A DNA stretch of 64,000 bases from Paramecium tetraurelia. Taxonomy: Eukaryota. The position numbers and the translations under genes were made by a program. The stretch lies in NCBI GenBank assembly GCA_000165425.1, contig CT868671.1, forward strand, positions 625,027-689,026, in the 5' to 3' direction. Of the stretch, positions 50,003 to 63,092 are shown one piece after another. Every line of letters starts with the position of its first letter. Positions within the stretch are counted from its first letter, which is position 1. The notes below the pieces were generated by a model. The model was not told the origin of the DNA, made no database searches, and worked only from the letters and a program-made list of their open reading frames with translations.

Positions 50003-50857
50003 ATGTTCGAGGCCAAGTTTAACGATGGAGTTTTATTCAAAAAGATTGTTGAGGCAGTTAAGGAATTAGTAAAGAATGTTAATTTAGAAGCAAATGGAAC
50101 AGGAATATCATTATAAGTAAATTTGTAAATTAACATTCATTAGGCTATGGATACATCTCATGTAGCTTTAGTGGCCTTGTAATTAAATGAGAAGGGATTC
50201 AAAAAATATAGATGTGAGAAATCTTTGACTATGGGTTTAAGTATTGAAAATTTGTAAAAAATTCTGAAATGCTCAGGAAATGATGATCAAATTACTTTGA
50301 GAACTTAAGAAGAAGAACCAACAACATTATCATTTACATTTGAATCAAAAAGTAAATAGAATATTAATAGATTAGATAGAATAAGTGAATTTTAGTTGAA
50401 TTTGATGTCCTTAGATTAGGAATAATTAGGTGTGCCCGATACAGAGTATTCATCAGTAGTCAGAATGCCTTCAAATGAATTCACAAAAATTTGCAGAGAA
50501 TTGGGAAACATTAATGAGGCAATAGGAATAGAGACATCGAAAGATGGAATAAAGTTTTTTGTTAAGGGTGATATAGGAGAGGGTCAAGTTTCTGTTAAAA
50601 CCAATGAATCAGAGAAACTAGAAGAGAGAGTAGAATGTGATGTTGATGAACCAGTGAATTTGAGTTTTGCAGTGAGGTATATTTATAATGGTTATTATAG
50701 ATATTTCAATTTATTTAATAAGGCATCGGCATTGTCAAATTAGGTTATATTGTCAATGTCTTAAGATTAGCCATTAGTGATTGAATATATTATTGAGGAG
50801 ATGGGATCTCTTAAGTTATATTTAGCTCCTAAAATAAATGACGAAGAATCTTAATGA
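50003..50857 (+). CDS. PCNA: proliferating cell nuclear antigen
   Basis: MFEAKFNDGVLFKKIVEAVKELV...LQAMDTSHVALV...MPSNEFTKICRELG...LKLYLAPKI. Three tiny introns. Confidence 0.98.
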
Positions 50858-50890
50858 TCAATTTTTATATTAAAATATTTATAATTTGGT

Positions 50891-51617
50891 ATGTAATAAT
50901 AATAAAAACAACCCATTAACGAGAGACGACGTCGAAGCGGAGCATTGCATGCTCAAACATGTGAAGAATATTTGAAAGTATGATCTTTATTTTATAAATC
51001 AAGAAATATGAACAAATTGGATAAATAGTGATACGAGAGAGTTCAAGGAAAAAGAGTTTGTCTGAATCAGCTTTTCTTAATTTTGACTTTATACCAGCAG
51101 ATGAAGGAGTAGAAGACATCTGCTAACTTAAAATATTGATATATTCACCAAAAATAAAGTTGAATGAATAAGAATTCTTACAAATTTTAAAGCGTGTTAG
51201 AAATCGATCTATAACTACTGATAATTTACCTTTTGCAAATAAAACTTTCGATTTCGATTTCTTTTATAGAGAATATGATGTAAATGATAAGCATTTTGGT
51301 CTCCATTTCTGGATTCAAAATAACCCTAAGCATAAGCATAATCTCTTTTTTACAGGTATTCATCATCACAAACCTAATAATAATAGAGAATTACTATCGG
51401 TTCTTCAACGCAGCTATATTATTACAAAGAGATCAAAACATAGAGTCATTGATAAGAGAAACTAATCCTAACTGTATGATTAAAATTTTTCCATTCGTAA
51501 GAGTATTCTTATATAAACTAGATGGACGAATTGCTATTGGAATCCCTTTAATCCATTATTGCTGAAGTAAAAATTTATTTAATTAATAAGATATGTCATA
51601 GCAATATCAAATCTTGA
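50891..51617 (+). CDS. hypothetical protein with degenerate Rab/Ras-like GTPase similarity
   Basis: LKILIYSPK...KTFDFDFFYREYDVNDKHFGLHFWIQN...ENYYRFFNAAILL parallels the Rab beta1 and switch I-II region. No GxxxxGKS, DTAG or NKxD. Confidence 0.6.
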
Positions 51618-51677
51618 CCAGCCATATATTAACCTACTTGTATGCAATAATAATATATATGAATAAATATATATAAA

Positions 51678-53285
51678 TCATTAAAGTTTATTTGCTTTTT
51701 TAACAACATATTGATGCATAATATCTTTCATAATAGTATTATTCATCGGTCTAAAAACAGTTGATCCACTAGCCAATTTATCAAATATGTTATTGATCTA
51801 AAGGAATGCTCTTTTGTGGTTGTTAAGATTTTCAGAAATGGTTTCTAAGAGCACCCTTTTGTCTTAGGTAGGGGCAGACTTAGGCGCATTTTATAGTTCA
51901 CCAATAATCTCTCGATACAAAAATCCCCATTTATCAATAATTTAGTCAGCAACTCTATTTAAGTAATTAGCTTCAGATTTCTTAAATGCCTTCCACTTTT
52001 ATTAGATATATTTAATTTTTTGATTAAACTAATGCACTTTATTCATTCCATTTGATAAATGGCCGTATCTGTATAGGAAATGATTGAGTATGGAATAAGC
52101 CCTTTTCTTGGCTTTGTTTCTCATAAGTTTGGCCCCAAAATAAAATAGAATATTCGTGTCAAGATAGACAGCCTCTTTCTTCCCATATTAATATCTGGAG
52201 CTAATCTTATTGAGCATAATCCTCATGAACTTTCTACAGCAAACTTAAACCTTATTACTAATCACTATTCTCATTACTCGTTTCTATTTAAATTTAAACA
52301 TACATAATATTAGTGTTTGATTGCCTTAGCTAACAACGTAATAAATAGTAATTCTAACCAAAGCATATCGATATTGCTGATGTGTAACTTAATTTCACTC
52401 CTTAATCGTTGCACTCTCGATTGCAATCTGTCAAGTTCGTGAGTATAAGAGGATTCCAACATCTGCAATTTCTTGTTATGCTAAATTATAGACTTCTTCT
52501 TCATCATTTCTTCAATTAAGGAATTCTTTTGCTTGGTACTTTTGATCTTAAAATCCAATATTAATTTAAATTTGACTTGAGATTCTTTATTCGATCTAAT
52601 AAATGATGAACTAGTTTTTGGTTTATGCACTACTAAAATTCAAATAAATATAATACTTGAGAGATTACTTCTATAAGTGTAACTGCCCGGTTCTCGGCTG
52701 GTTAATAATTCTCTTGGAATTTAGAGCATTGGTGTTTGTTATCTTTTCTAAATACTTTTATTAGAGTTTGATTGATGAATTCCAACAGTGGCTTTGATCT
52801 TCAAATCGGTGTATTTATCAGTGTAAATGGATAAGTATACATAATCGCATTTGAATTTTGTGAAATGAGGTGGAGGCTCAGTAAATTAAAATCTTGATTT
52901 ATTCTAATCTATAGATGACCATTTTTACAATCACTTGTAAACTATTATTTAAAATGTTTGGACTATCAGTTATTGATGACACAAATATCTTGATTAAACA
53001 TTAATTATTGTTAGATTCATAGACAAAATTTAATGGCTTTGTAAGTTCCTTCACTTTAATTTTGATATATTTGAAGATGCTTGGGTACATTTGTAATGTT
53101 ATGCTTTGATTTATAGAGATTTCTAATCTATATTATAAAATCATTACCCAACCTATCAGGCTAGCGCTTTAATTGCACTTAATCTGGTTGAGAATAGGTC
53201 TTTCGATGACCTACCTCGTATTGCTTGAACTCTTTTGAAGTGATATCATCGATTAGTTTTAAGTTTGCAGTATAGTCTAGTTCAT
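51678..53285 (-). CDS. hypothetical protein
   Basis: Code-6 ORF from MNQTILQTQNQSMISL with tiny introns, a beta-rich N-terminal part and a basic coiled-coil C-terminal part. TGA at 51678-51680. Confidence 0.65.
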
Positions 53286-53305
53286 TTTTATACATTATTA
53301 TTTTA

Positions 53306-55549
53306 ATGAATAAAGAATCACGCTATGCATATGTAATAATTCAAATTATTTCTACTAGACAAAATCATCGATGTCTCCAAATAAGAATCAGAGATCTTCT
53401 GAAGCTAATGCTACCTACTCTACTGGTTTTTCCAAAAAAACAACCTATAAGCCAACTCAATCAAATCAAACACCTATTTCAGGTTAACTGCCGGAAATTA
53501 CTAAAAAGAAAACCAAGAATGACATACTCTGTTACTCTCAAGAGTTTCAAGATATTCTCCAAGTTGAAATTGATGAGAGGTAACAGTTTAATCACTAATC
53601 AAAGGTATCGATATTTAGTTAAAAATGGAACCATCAAAAAGATTGAGAATGGAGGAAACATCATCTTTTCTGAATTATAACAAATACCTGGCATTTGGGT
53701 TTGTTATAGAAGACCCATGGAAAGAGCCAATAACTTAGAAAAATTAAGTCTTGATTATTTGGACTTGACTCATATGCCATTATTAGAAGGAGAAGAAAAG
53801 TTGAAAATCCTAACATACCAGCATAACAGAATTTTATCAATCCAAAATCTTGTCTCCTTACCCAATTTATTATATCTAGACTTGTATGATAATTAAATTA
53901 AAGAAATCGATGAATTGAAATAAGTTTAAAAATTAAAGGTCTTATTGTTACCCAAAAATTAAATTAGAAGGATACAAAATTTAGATCACCTCACTAAATT
54001 AGAAGTTCTAGATTTACATAGCAATCGCATTGTTAATTTGGAAGGATTAAGCAAATTAAAAAGTCTCAAAATTTTGAATGTTGGTAATAATCTAATAACC
54101 AAATTGGAAGCACTTGAGGAATTAAGCTCTCTAATTGAATTAAACATTAAAATGAACTAAATTGAGAATATTGATCATTTATAAGGTATATTCATAATTC
54201 TAAAATAGTCCTCCCCTAATTGTAAAAATTATTTATGTCCTAAAACAAAATTAATTCTTTTCCCTGTATTTTCAATCTATCAGAATTATCACTAGAAAGC
54301 AATCCAATCTAAACAAACAAATCTGATTATTATAGATACATATGCTAAACCTTTGAAACTTTAAAAATTTTAGATGGAAAACCTATTGATTAAATCAAAT
54401 AGGAGATCTTGTTTGCCGACATACCAAAAACAGAACCCATTAAAAAGAAAACAATAAACCAATAGCAAATTTAACAACAGCAATTACTACAATAGTAAAA
54501 ACCAAAAAAGCCCAATTAAATGGGCCTTGAGATTCATGGAGTGGCTTCAGAATTTAAAACTAAAGAGGAAATTGCACCCTTTGCCTAAGTTAAAAAGGAA
54601 CCTACTAACTTAAAAAATCCTCCAACCTAACAATAACAATAACAACCATTAAGAGAAACAATACCAAGTTTAAAGAACTCTTTGACAAACACTGCTGCTG
54701 CCTAAGAGGATGACATTTTAGTCTTGATCAAAAAATAATGGACAGCTGAATATAAAAGAATTCAATTGTTAGAAAAAAATAACTAATTAAATAAAAAGAG
54801 CTGCTTAGAACATCAACTTGTAGAAGGAGGACATGCTGAAGTTGAGGATGTATACCATTGTGTATAATATTTAGGATGTCTTTTTGCTGATATATGGCAC
54901 TGCATCAGCTATGGTATTACCAACTTAAAATTTTAGTTAAATTATTGAAAAAATCCATTTTCAATATGTATTTTTTGACTCAATTATTGACACTTAATTG
55001 TCGATATTAAAAGATTATTCAAAATTGAGAGAACTAGTTTTGAAAGATAACTATATCAATAGTCTATTATAATTAGCCAAATTGGAAGTAAGTTATCTAA
55101 CTCTATAAATAAGCATTTGAGTGAAATTCAAAAATTAACAATATTAAACAATCCAATTAATAATTGTTCTTTCATGTTTTAATTTTTAGTTTATAGATTT
55201 CCATCTATGATTTAAATTAATGGAAAAGATATAAGAAATGATGATAGACAAAAAGTAATTTATATTGTTAAGTTAGGCCAAGCATTTGTTTTCCAATTTT
55301 GACAAATCCTTATAGATTCCAGAAAAATTATAAAATTTTGAAAATATACGGCAATTAAAAAGCTTTTAAAAGGATAGATCCTACATTAAACTATTTCATA
55401 AATGTTTAAATGACGTTTCAAATGAATAAAAGATAGTATACAAATATCGAAAGACTGTAATATATATGTATATCTCAATTTAGTTTGAAAATATTTATGA
55501 AGACTACTTAACTTAATTAATCCAATAATGTAAAGATAAGGAAAAATGA
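53306..55549 (+). CDS. LRRC49: LRRC49-like leucine-rich repeat protein (tubulin polyglutamylase complex / centriolar satellite family)
   Basis: WVCYRRPMERANNLEKLSLDYLDLTHMPLLEGEEKLKILTYQHNRILSIQNL...LDLYDNQIKEI...LLLPKNQIRRIQNL...LDLHSNRI matches the LRRC49 N-terminal pattern, and a second LRR block lies near the C-terminus. Alternative start at 53371. Confidence 0.82.
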
Positions 55550-55592
55550 TTTTATATATTTAGTTGAAATATTATTGATACTCAGCAGAATT

Positions 55593-58215
55593 TCATATTA
55601 TAGATTTTATCAGACCTTAAATTTCAAAATAAACTCCGTCCACTTCCATTTGAGAGTATCTGAGATCTGCCTTTGCATTTTTGTATTAAATTAATTCATT
55701 TTAGAGTTTACTCCAAAAATCATTTAAGTGTCTTAGTTAGTAATATGGATTAATTTTCTTTATTTTTTATTGTTTTTGAAATTTGTTCTAAGTCTCTTAT
55801 TCCTTTTTCTCTAATATTTATTATTTTTATTCCTTTAATAAACAATAAAAATAAGGAGAAGGCGTAATTAGCAAAGGAGCTTATAATCCTGATTTTACAT
55901 GATTAATGATTTACTTCAAAGTTTTCATTAATTGTCTTTTTTGCTTCTATAATTTAAATATTTATTTAATCATCAATTACTCATTTTCAGTAGTACCTTT
56001 GAAATTATTAATCATTTTTAATCCTATACAACTTTCTCTTCTCCTTTTATTAAGTTCTCTCTTTTGCTTATTAAATTTCATAACTTTTTAAACAGCATCT
56101 CTAAATTTCTGAAATGATCTCCACTTCCTTTCTTAATTTCTTCCGAAAATATACTTTAATATCCTTGTTTGAATGAACTAAAAAGATTCTTTTGAAATTC
56201 TCTATTTAAACTCCTTTTCCATAATATTTTTGCTTATATCTGTTGGCTTTCGTTATTCTTTGTAGTTTATACAACTTACTCTTCTTACCTTTTAATTTGC
56301 TAAAGATATAAAGTAATTATTTACATCTCATTCTGAGATGGCTTTCCTTGATAAGAATTTTTCTTCGCAAACCTAGTTGCTCGATTTCAAAAGAAAGACT
56401 CTCGTCTGTCTAAATTATATCTAAAAATATCTAAACAGGAAAAATGATAACAACAGAATTTTTGGATGCGACAGCACTTTGTTTTCTATTAACTTAATCT
56501 AGAATCTCCATTTCACCAAAGATGCTGCCTTCTATAATGTTTAACATACTTCGACCTTATTCATCACACAATCTCACCTAGTAATATTTCGAAAATATTA
56601 TACTTCTCCTGTTATTAGGAAGTAAACGTCCATACTGGGTGAGCCAACATAATAGATTGTTTCATACTTTTAATAGTAGAATATTGTCATATATGGTAAT
56701 AGTTTGGAGGCAATATTAATATCCAATTTAAATAGATTAGTGTTTACAATTAATTGTTATTAAGAAAAGCATATTGTATACTTTTTCAGTTATCCGGGCA
56801 ACGAGTCTATTATTCTCTAATTATTATAGTTTAAATGTACTTTCTATAATTCCAGAAAGAATTATTTTCTAGGTTGTAAGTCAGAAAATGTGACACTTGA
56901 TCAGACAACCAGTCTGGAATAATGATTGTGTCCATCAAGTTTTCTAAATCTTCTAAGTGTTCTTTCTAAATTTCAGCCGATGTTTACTATTCTAAGATTT
57001 AAGCTAAATTTCCAATAGTAAATGAATAGAATCCGACTCCAACTAAGAGCCACACAATGACAAGGTTATATTACATAGAAGTAGAAATAGAAACATTGCC
57101 ATATCCAACAACAGTAACTGTTTGTATTGCCCAGAATAACCCATCGATGTATGATGTCCAATTGTTAGAATCTTATGCCATAGAAATTCCTTCATAATAT
57201 TGTACATAATGCCACATACAGCCAAATGCACTTATTAAAATCAGCATATTTTTAAAAATGTTCAAAACACTTAGAAATTTGGCATCTATTAAAGAGAAAT
57301 AATCAAAGAAAGATAATTTATCTTCAATAGAGATCTAAGTTTTTTTTGAATCGGCTGAATGATATAGAATTTTTCTGTCTGTTTAAGTGAAATATTTGAA
57401 TAGTCTTATTAATTTCAATAAATTAAAATAGTCTCTCAATTAGAAAGAATCTTCCATTTTAGGTACAAATAATTTATAAGGTAGAATTGTCAGTATATCA
57501 AAAATTAACCATCCTGTTACATTATGAATGAATATGGATGAAAATGTTTTTAGGAGGATATTATTATTATCTATCTGACAAATCATCTATTCTAATATAA
57601 CATCAACAAAGAATAAAAAATCTATAATAAATGTAACTATCGTTATAAAATCCTAGAATAAAAGATGTTCTTACATACTAGTCAAACTCAGAATAAGTGA
57701 TGTAAATTGGGTAAACGATGTTTGCAACAACAGTGTTGAAACTTATAATTTCTCTCCACAAACGAATAAACTTTAGGTGAGGAAGAAAGGGAATTTATTA
57801 TTTGGAAATTGAACTTTAAGTAATATTCTTTTTCTTTTTCTATTTTGAAAAGTAGGTTATAGCTCTAGCAAAGTTCAGGATGATTAGTAATCTTCTGATG
57901 GCCCTGTTAAATTTAATTTTAAAGCCATCCAACACCAAAACATCTTCCTCTTCCATAATTTAATCTTAACTTGTAAACTAACTTATTTTTGGTTGCAACA
58001 TATGCTGATATTGTTGACTAGAAACATTAAATTAAATTCTACAGTTTCGGAGATAAAATTAATGTAGCTTCTCTGACTTGTATTCTTCTTCTTCGAAGAT
58101 CGTTAAATGTCTGAACAGAGCTATACACTTTATAACTAGTTAATTACTGCAATCCTTTTTTAAATTCGTTCTATTCTTCAACTTCATTTGTAGGGTGAAC
58201 CTGCTTTATACTCAT
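55593..58215 (-). CDS. six-TM cation (K+-type) channel with cyclic-nucleotide-binding domain
   Basis: GWLIFDILTILPY, S4-like LRDYFNLLKLIRLFK, pore LFWAIQTVTVVGYGN, S6 VGVGFYSFTIGNL and CNBD VYFLITGEV...GSIFGEMEIL...RKQSAVA. Confidence 0.9.
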
Positions 58216-58365
58216 TATAAAACAAAATTAATAATATTGTATATTACTCAATTTATTTTAACTGCACTTAATACTAACTAAATAATATGTATCGAATATA
58301 AAGTGACTTTTCATTTCGCTGCAAGAACTAACATATATAATTTTAATTAAATAATAAACTCTTCA

Positions 58366-59912
58366 ATGAAAAATAAACTCTATGAAGACGAATCGCAGAT
58401 GCAGACAATTGATTACATTTATGAAGAATTTCGAAAAGAAGTAAGTTCTCCAAGTTAAAGATTAGTTTGATTTAATACTCAACAAATGCCAAGCCTTTGA
58501 TCATTGCACCTATATTATAGATTACTACTATAATTTTAAAACAGGCCTTAAAGAACAAATTAACAAACTCGACCCAAATACAAGGGTAATCGAATAGTTA
58601 TAATTAGTTATCCAAATAACTTCGTTAGTTAGATGATACTTCAGAAAAATCCCTTGAAATTATCAATATGCTAAATGAATACGAAGAATGTAAGATATCA
58701 TCCAAAATTCCTAGATCGATTTCCCTCTAAAGTATAGCTGATCAAGACATTCAAATCCTTTGCTCCAAAAGCACCCCAAAAGAAGAAAACAGTGAAATTA
58801 TGCGAAAGTCTTATGATTGAGGAGAATTAAGCAATTGCTTAAAATAATTTGAGAAACAGCTAATTGTAGGTAATTTAGGAAGAGAATCTGATTGAGGATG
58901 AAGTTATACCAAATCAATTCGAACAAGAAGTTGTTGAGTCTGAAATTCATCTGAAAAACAACTTCCACCAAAATAAAATGAACATTAATCCTGAATAAGA
59001 AGAAATAAATCAATTAGAAATAAGAATGGAACAGGCAAAAGGTCTCTATCAGGAAGCCCTTTTGGATGAAGCCTTCGAGATCACCTAAGATATTTTCCTT
59101 AAATTAAATAATAAACAAGCTCAATGGTTTAAGGAGAAAGGTTACCAAGAATTCTATGAGAATTTGCAAGAAAAAAAACTCATACTTACATAGAACTTGA
59201 ATGAATTAGAATCAGGAGGATGGAGAATAGAAAAACAAACACAAAATCTTATCATTAAATATAAACTATTTGAAGAAGAATCAACAGTGACTGTTTATTT
59301 AGATTCTGTATTTGAAGCCAACATCACAAAGTTGATGGCACTCATCAATGAAATTGATCTATATCATAATTATGTTCCTTTTTGCCAAAGATCCTCTATG
59401 AATAAATAATTGACTAAGACTTGCAAGATTTGCGATATAGTAGTTTACTTCCCGTTCATTTCAGATAGAAGGGCAGTATTTGTTGGCGAGGGCATTGATA
59501 GGCTTATGATCAATGGAACAATAGTCTTTGTTTGCAAGTCTATTGATCATAATATCGACTATCAATAGAAACATGACATTCATTTTGAAACAAATAAAAA
59601 ACTTGTTAGTTTGATAATCAATTACTATATTTTTGAATTGACACCTATAAATGATAATAAATGCAGAGTTCGTGCTATTACTAACTCAAATCCTTAGGTG
59701 AAATACCTTCCTAATTGGCTTATTGGGTATTTGGCCAGGAAAGTAATTATTTTATCAAAATATAGATGGCACATGAATTGTTTGAAAGAATGGAAAGGAT
59801 AACCAAGAATTTTGAAAAATCTCCATGGTTTGAAAAATATAATCAAAACATCGAATTTTATAAGTGGATTGACTAGAAAGTATAGAAATACTTTGAATTA
59901 CGTTAAAAATGA
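58366..59912 (+). CDS. START/SRPBCC lipid-binding domain protein
   Basis: GWRIEK...LINEIDLYHNYVPFC...FPFISDR...FELTPINDNKCRVRAITNSNPQVKYLPNWLI, preceded by an acidic/coiled-coil N-terminal half. Confidence 0.8.
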
Positions 59913-59930
59913 ACTATTTAATTTTAAATA

Positions 59931-62900
59931 ATGCTAAACAACTGTTATACTCTTCGCCACAGTCCAGTATTCAGAAATCCAAAATCAAACTAAGCAGTTC
60001 AGTAATTAACTACACTTATTAATGATACTGCAGGCCGATTGTCTCCACTTTAACCTCAAGTCAAAAAAATAATTGGAATTAAAAAAAATTCATCAACTGA
60101 CCGCTAATTACCACTTTGTGAAGTGCCCTTTCAAACTAATTTTTTCGCCTAACATGAAAATGACATTGCATATTCCAATAGAAGCAATATTTAAACAAAC
60201 AGATAATTTAGTAGAAATTAAAGAACATAAAGTGTTTATACAGGTAATAAAGAAAATTTTGTGAGAAGCCCTACTAGAAGTCCATTTTCTAAACCAGTTA
60301 TTCAGAAAGATTGTTTCACTCCAATCTATAATAGGAGTCCCATCTAAAGAGTATAATCTCCAGGAATAATAGTAGGCATAAGACAAACTAATCAAAAGGG
60401 ATTTGGATCCATAAGTCCCATGAGAATACAACAAAGGGTTAATATAAGAGAACCTTTATCTGAAATGGTGGATAATTTGAAACAAAATATTTTGAGAGAT
60501 ATTTAAGAAGTCACAAAAAAATATTCAAATACCATTCTATAAGCCAACTAATAGCCAGAAAAAATCATATAAGAACAAAGGGAAACTAGGTTTGACGAAT
60601 TTAAGGTCTAAGAATTCAAAAAATAACAATATCTCGAACATCAATTAGAATTAATCAAATCGTAATAATAAAAGCTAGTGGTTCAAAATAAACAGAGTTT
60701 CTGTTCTCAAGAAAATCTTATGAACGCAACATTAGATTAGAAAAAACATTTCTAATAAAGATAACATGACTTAAATTTCTTGAAATCCTTAGAATACTAG
60801 ATCAGATCACAATCCTTTGTCGATTAGTAAAGCAATTTTTAGAGTTTGAAATAAGAAACTCAAAAAATAAAATAAATTTAAGAAATTAAGAAATTTACTT
60901 ATGATCCTCAATACTAGTTACAATTTGCTTAATAATAAATTGAAGAAAGAACACCTCTATAAAATATTAGTAAATATAATTAATAAATTGATTATTTACA
61001 GAGATTGAATAATAAGATAGAATCGATTTCCAAATAGCAGCATCATCTACCCGAATATCAGAACCCATAAGGATAAAAAAAAAATGATGAATTTTCTATG
61101 ACCAAATTGTATCAAGACTAACAATTAAAGAACACCATAGATATGAATTAAGAAAAGCAATGCGTAAACTATTTCTAATCTCCTTTTAATTTAAACTAAG
61201 AAAAATAATATCCAGTGTTTAATACTGCAAGATCTGGTTATTCACCGATTGGAAGAGAAGTGCACATAACTAACAAAGAATCAGCCAATAATACTTTAAA
61301 TAATACTAAACAAATTTTATCAACCTTGAATTCTTAAAATGAATTGTAAAAGTTGAAGAATTTACAATTAGAATTAAAATAGAATAAACCAGTATTTGAG
61401 TAAACAAAATAATAAAAAATGGAATTAGATATTAAAAAATTTTAAGAAACAGGAGAAACAAAAATTGACAAAACTTATTTTAATCCTTATTCATAGACTT
61501 AATAAATTTAAATTGAAAAGTCTTGTAGGTAGGAGAAGATTTAAGAAATTAATTAAGAAAATTCTAATCTAAATAAAGCTAAATAATTTAATGTTTTCAA
61601 TTCTTAATAATCATAATAATAATAAAAATTATTATTGCAATAATAAGTATCAGAATAAAGTTAACTTTAAAACTAATACTCAAAAAAACAGGTATATTAA
61701 GATATTAGTAAATAAATAAAATAGCAAAAGTTTCCAGCCTATTTGAAAGGGCCCAATGATACTGATGATGATGTAAATAATCAAATCACAATTAGTAATT
61801 TATCATCAATTATTCCTGCTGAGATATCTGCTAATTAGCATAAAAAAATAAATGTTTCATTTGAAAGCAGTATTGAATAATAATAACTTGATTATTTAAA
61901 AGGATCTGATTGCAGAAATACGTTTGGACCTTTATAATTGGAAACTATACTAAAATCCCCAAAAGAAAATTGTGAAATTTTACAAGAAAAAGATTCACCT
62001 TGCTAACCTGAATTTGATTTAAATAGTTCTAGGTACGAGATTTAGAATCATAATAAGAATTAAGAAATACCCTCTAATAATGAATAAGAAATTATTAAGA
62101 GCAGCAGAAAATTTACTAAGAATTAAGAAAGTGAAAAGGAATAATCTATAAAAAAAAGTGATGAATAAACAGGAGAAATCCAATTTTTTGAATAAATTGA
62201 AATGATGGAAAAAATAGTAAGATAATAATCTCAGGCTCAATCATAATGTAGTTAGTCAAGAGATTCAAAGTCACTTGAAAATTAATCAAAGTAGAACAAT
62301 ATTTAAAATAGTGGATCAAATTTCAAAAATAAAAGTTCCTAAAATAAAAGCTCTGTTAAATAATCACAAGCTTACAGTCCTATGGAAACTAAAATTTCAA
62401 TTGTAGTTTAACCATTTTAAAAAGAGAGTTCTGGTAGAAAAAGTTCTCCCAAAGAAATTGAGAACAATAACGTTCAAATTTAATCTTAGTAGAGCATTTT
62501 AATTAATAAAAATTGTGATAAAATCTCTTCTGGTAAAGGTTAAAGGTACAGTGACTACAAAGAGGAAGTAAAATAACTTGATGACGATAAACAAGAATAA
62601 GATTATTTATTAAATAATTCTACAAGATATGAACAAATGGTACAAAATTTCTAAAATATTAAGAATCAATCTTTAAGCGAATTCTAATTAGAAAGTTAAA
62701 CATTTAAATAATCAATGTAGGTTAATGAATGTGAACATATAAGTGATTTTGTGATATTCAGCGATAAATAAAACGAGAACTAATTAGAAATAATTAAAAA
62801 GAAGAACGTAACATTTAATTAACAATTAATTCAATAATCTCTTTCAAAAATAGAAAACCTCCAAACTGAAACTAATTTCAGTGATTTTATGAAAATTAAG

Positions 62901-63049
62901 GCTTTGGATATTCTCTCATCAGACTCTATTCCAGTAATTTCTTAAGATGCATTTACATTGACTTAATTATAGCCAAAAGGAGGGATAAGTAATATATTAT
63001 AATAATTCTAGGCTTTTTGTAATACAAACAATAGTTAGAAACTGAATGA
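59931..63049 (+). CDS. large Q/N/S-rich low-complexity hypothetical protein
   Basis: Long frame from MLNNCYTLRHSPVF dominated by TAA/TAG/CAA Gln codons, with a final 23-nt intron and TGA at 63047-63049. The interior was not fully traced. Confidence 0.65.
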
Positions 63050-63092
63050 AATGATTTATTTTTTCTATTGAAATTAATTATTAATATAAAAA

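Noticed and set aside
60108..60434. 108-aa minus-strand ORF
   Set aside because: Antisense to the long Gln-rich + strand gene.
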